From assembly GCA_964016885.1 (NCBI GenBank), contig OZ024742.1:29202001-29266000 (forward strand): DNA of 64,000 bases. The letters are read 5' to 3'. Both the position numbers and the translations under genes were made by a program. Shown one piece after another: positions 62,013-64,000 of the stretch. Within the stretch, counting starts at the first letter, position 1, and the number at the start of each line of letters is the position of its first letter. The notes beneath the pieces were generated by a model. The model ran no database searches, was not told the origin of the DNA, and saw only the letters and a list, made by a program, of their open reading frames with translations. This DNA comes from Eledone cirrhosa (lineage: Eukaryota).

Positions 62013-62436
62013 AATACATACATACATACATACATACATACATACATACATACATACATACATACATACATACATACATACATACATACATACATACGTT
62101 GTTAGGGTGTAAATGTGATAGTGGTAGGTTTTGAAGGCAGTGATTGGTTTTAATTTATGTCTAGTTTCTTATATATCTGGTGGATAAGGCTGTGTGTAGT
62201 TTTATAGATGGTGTTTACTTGAGTTTATAGATAGCTTTGGTTTGGTGTAGATTTGTTTGTGTTCAAATCATATATATGTATGTATATATTTTGAGTATAT
62301 GTTGGTTGTATACCAACACCTCAGTATGCAGATTGGAGCACTCAACGAAGTGCGCAGGTTGGTTTGGTTACTCCGGTGTAATGTAAAATAAAATAAAATA
62401 AATAAGTCAAATGTTTTAAATTTGGCGTCGTTTATT

Positions 62437-62491
62437 ACTGCTATATATATTTCGGTGACTGCCATCTTTGGCTGTGACCTCTTCAGGCAGT
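62437..62491 (-). ncRNA. Type I hammerhead motif
   Basis: Minus: ACTGC-CTGAAGA-GGTCACAGCCAAAGATGGCAGTCACC-GAAA-TATATAT-A-GCAGT. Confidence 0.78.
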
Positions 62492-63495
62492 CCGAATTAG
62501 TGTGGTAGAGACGAGTACACATGTTGTTGAGGTGTTTAACTTTGTCAATACTCTGATATGCCCAGTTCCTGGTTGGGTTGTTATTTCACTGAGGAACTGG
62601 AATCATATGAATTTAAACAAACGAATTTCAGCGTCAAAGGACCTCTTCTCCCCTCATTGGTCAGTTGTTAGAACATTCTTCAGTCAAAAGTCTATAGAAA
62701 TTCGTTCTGAGGCAAGGCAATCTGTAGTGGTTGTTCTTGTTATTGTTAGGTACATCTGACCTCTACTCATTTTATTGCCTTCTATTTCTTCATATACATG
62801 GCAGAACCCCCCCCCCCCACCACCACCACCACCACCATGAGAGATGGTGGCTGGAGGGATGAAGAAAGGCACACACAGATACTTCTAAATGTCAGCAGCA
62901 GCAAGACATAGGCTGACCACAACACCAACAACACTACCAAAATAAGGGTAGAGGTCAGATGTACTTAACAATAGCAAACACAAACACTACAGGGAGCCTC
63001 ACCCCAGAAAGAATTTATATAGACTTTTGACTGAGGAATGCTCTCAAAACTGACCAATGGGAAGAGTGACCTTACAAATCTTTATAACATTGAGATGGGT
63101 ATAACACACACATTTTATTTGATTATTTTATTTTATTTTGTTCCTTTACCATCTTATTCCTTCTACCACTTTATCATTTTTTTAGCTGACTCCAACAACA
63201 ACACCACTACCAACATAAGAGTAGAGGTCAGATGTACCTAACAATAACAAGAACAACCACTACAGATTGCCTTGCCGCAGAACGAATTTCTATAGACTTT
63301 TGACTGAGGAATGTTCTAACAACTGACCAATGAGAGGATAAGAGGTCCTTTGACGCTGAAATTCGTTTGTTTAAATTCATATGATTCCAGTTTCTCAGTG
63401 AAATAACAACCCAACCAGGAACTGGGCATATCAGAGTATTGACAAAGTTAAACACCTCAACAACATGTGTACTCGTCTCTACCACACTAATTCGG

Positions 63496-63550
63496 ACTGC
63501 CTGAAGAGGTCACAGCCAAAGATGGCTGTCACCGAAATATATATAGAAGT
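63496..63550 (+). ncRNA. Type I hammerhead motif (inverted partner)
   Basis: ACTGC-CTGAAGA-GGTCACAGCC...GGCTGTCACC-GAAA-TATATAT-A-GAAGT (one stem I mismatch). Confidence 0.75.
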
Positions 63551-63638
63551 AATAAACGAAGCCAAATTTAAAACATTTGACTTATTTATTTTATTTTATT
63601 TTATATATATATATATATATTAAGAAAGAAAGGGGGAA

Positions 63639-63670
<32 letters not shown>

Positions 63671-63714
63671 GTACATACACATTCACACACGTATATATAT
63701 ATATATGTGTGTGC

Positions 63715-63748
<34 letters not shown>

Positions 63749-64000
63749 GTGTGTGTATTTGTGTACATTTATACATAGATTCGAAACTGATTGTGCTATC
63801 AAATGTTTATCTCTTCTCTCGTCTTTTATAATACAATTTACCATTCCACTTGGTTTAGAAAGTATTTCAAATTAAATTCCTGACTTTATATAAACTTTCT
63901 ATCTTAATCTAACAACGGCATTCTTTATACACTTCTTCTTTTGCCTGTAGTATAGCTACTGCAGAAGAATCTTCGTCTGTTGTTGAACTAACATTTGCCA

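Larger units (their letters stand above)
62384..63601. mobile_element. Inverted pseudo-LTR-like pair (~385-bp arms), each with a hammerhead; Penelope-like
   Basis: 62384-62768 is the reverse complement of ~63219-63601; a partial third copy lies at ~62948-63065; ends at (TA)n. Confidence 0.82.

Overview
AT-rich, microsatellite-dense animal DNA (the SINE and microsatellite style suggests an octopus/cephalopod; inference). No host protein-coding gene can be confidently called. The window is dominated by a ~27 kb same-strand (minus) cluster of non-LTR retrotransposons at 5.3-32.3 kb: four Tx1/L1-clade elements (two degraded, two intact and nearly identical, head-to-tail) joined through short (AAT)n tracts, plus one RTE with three C-terminal C2H2 fingers. 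A related Tx1 subfamily at 53-54.4 kb sits in and ends with (ATCT)n, R4/Dong-like RLE elements sit in (CATA)n, and fold-back elements carrying minimal type I hammerhead ribozyme motifs (seven different sequences, Penelope-like) sit mostly in (TA)n. Each retroelement class thus appears tied to its own microsatellite. There are also three satellites (62, 11 and ~30 bp units, all containing AACATCT), tRNA-derived SINEs and a mariner-like MITE. Most ORFs in the supplied track are microsatellite or antisense artefacts. All calls were made by eye; boundaries are approximate.
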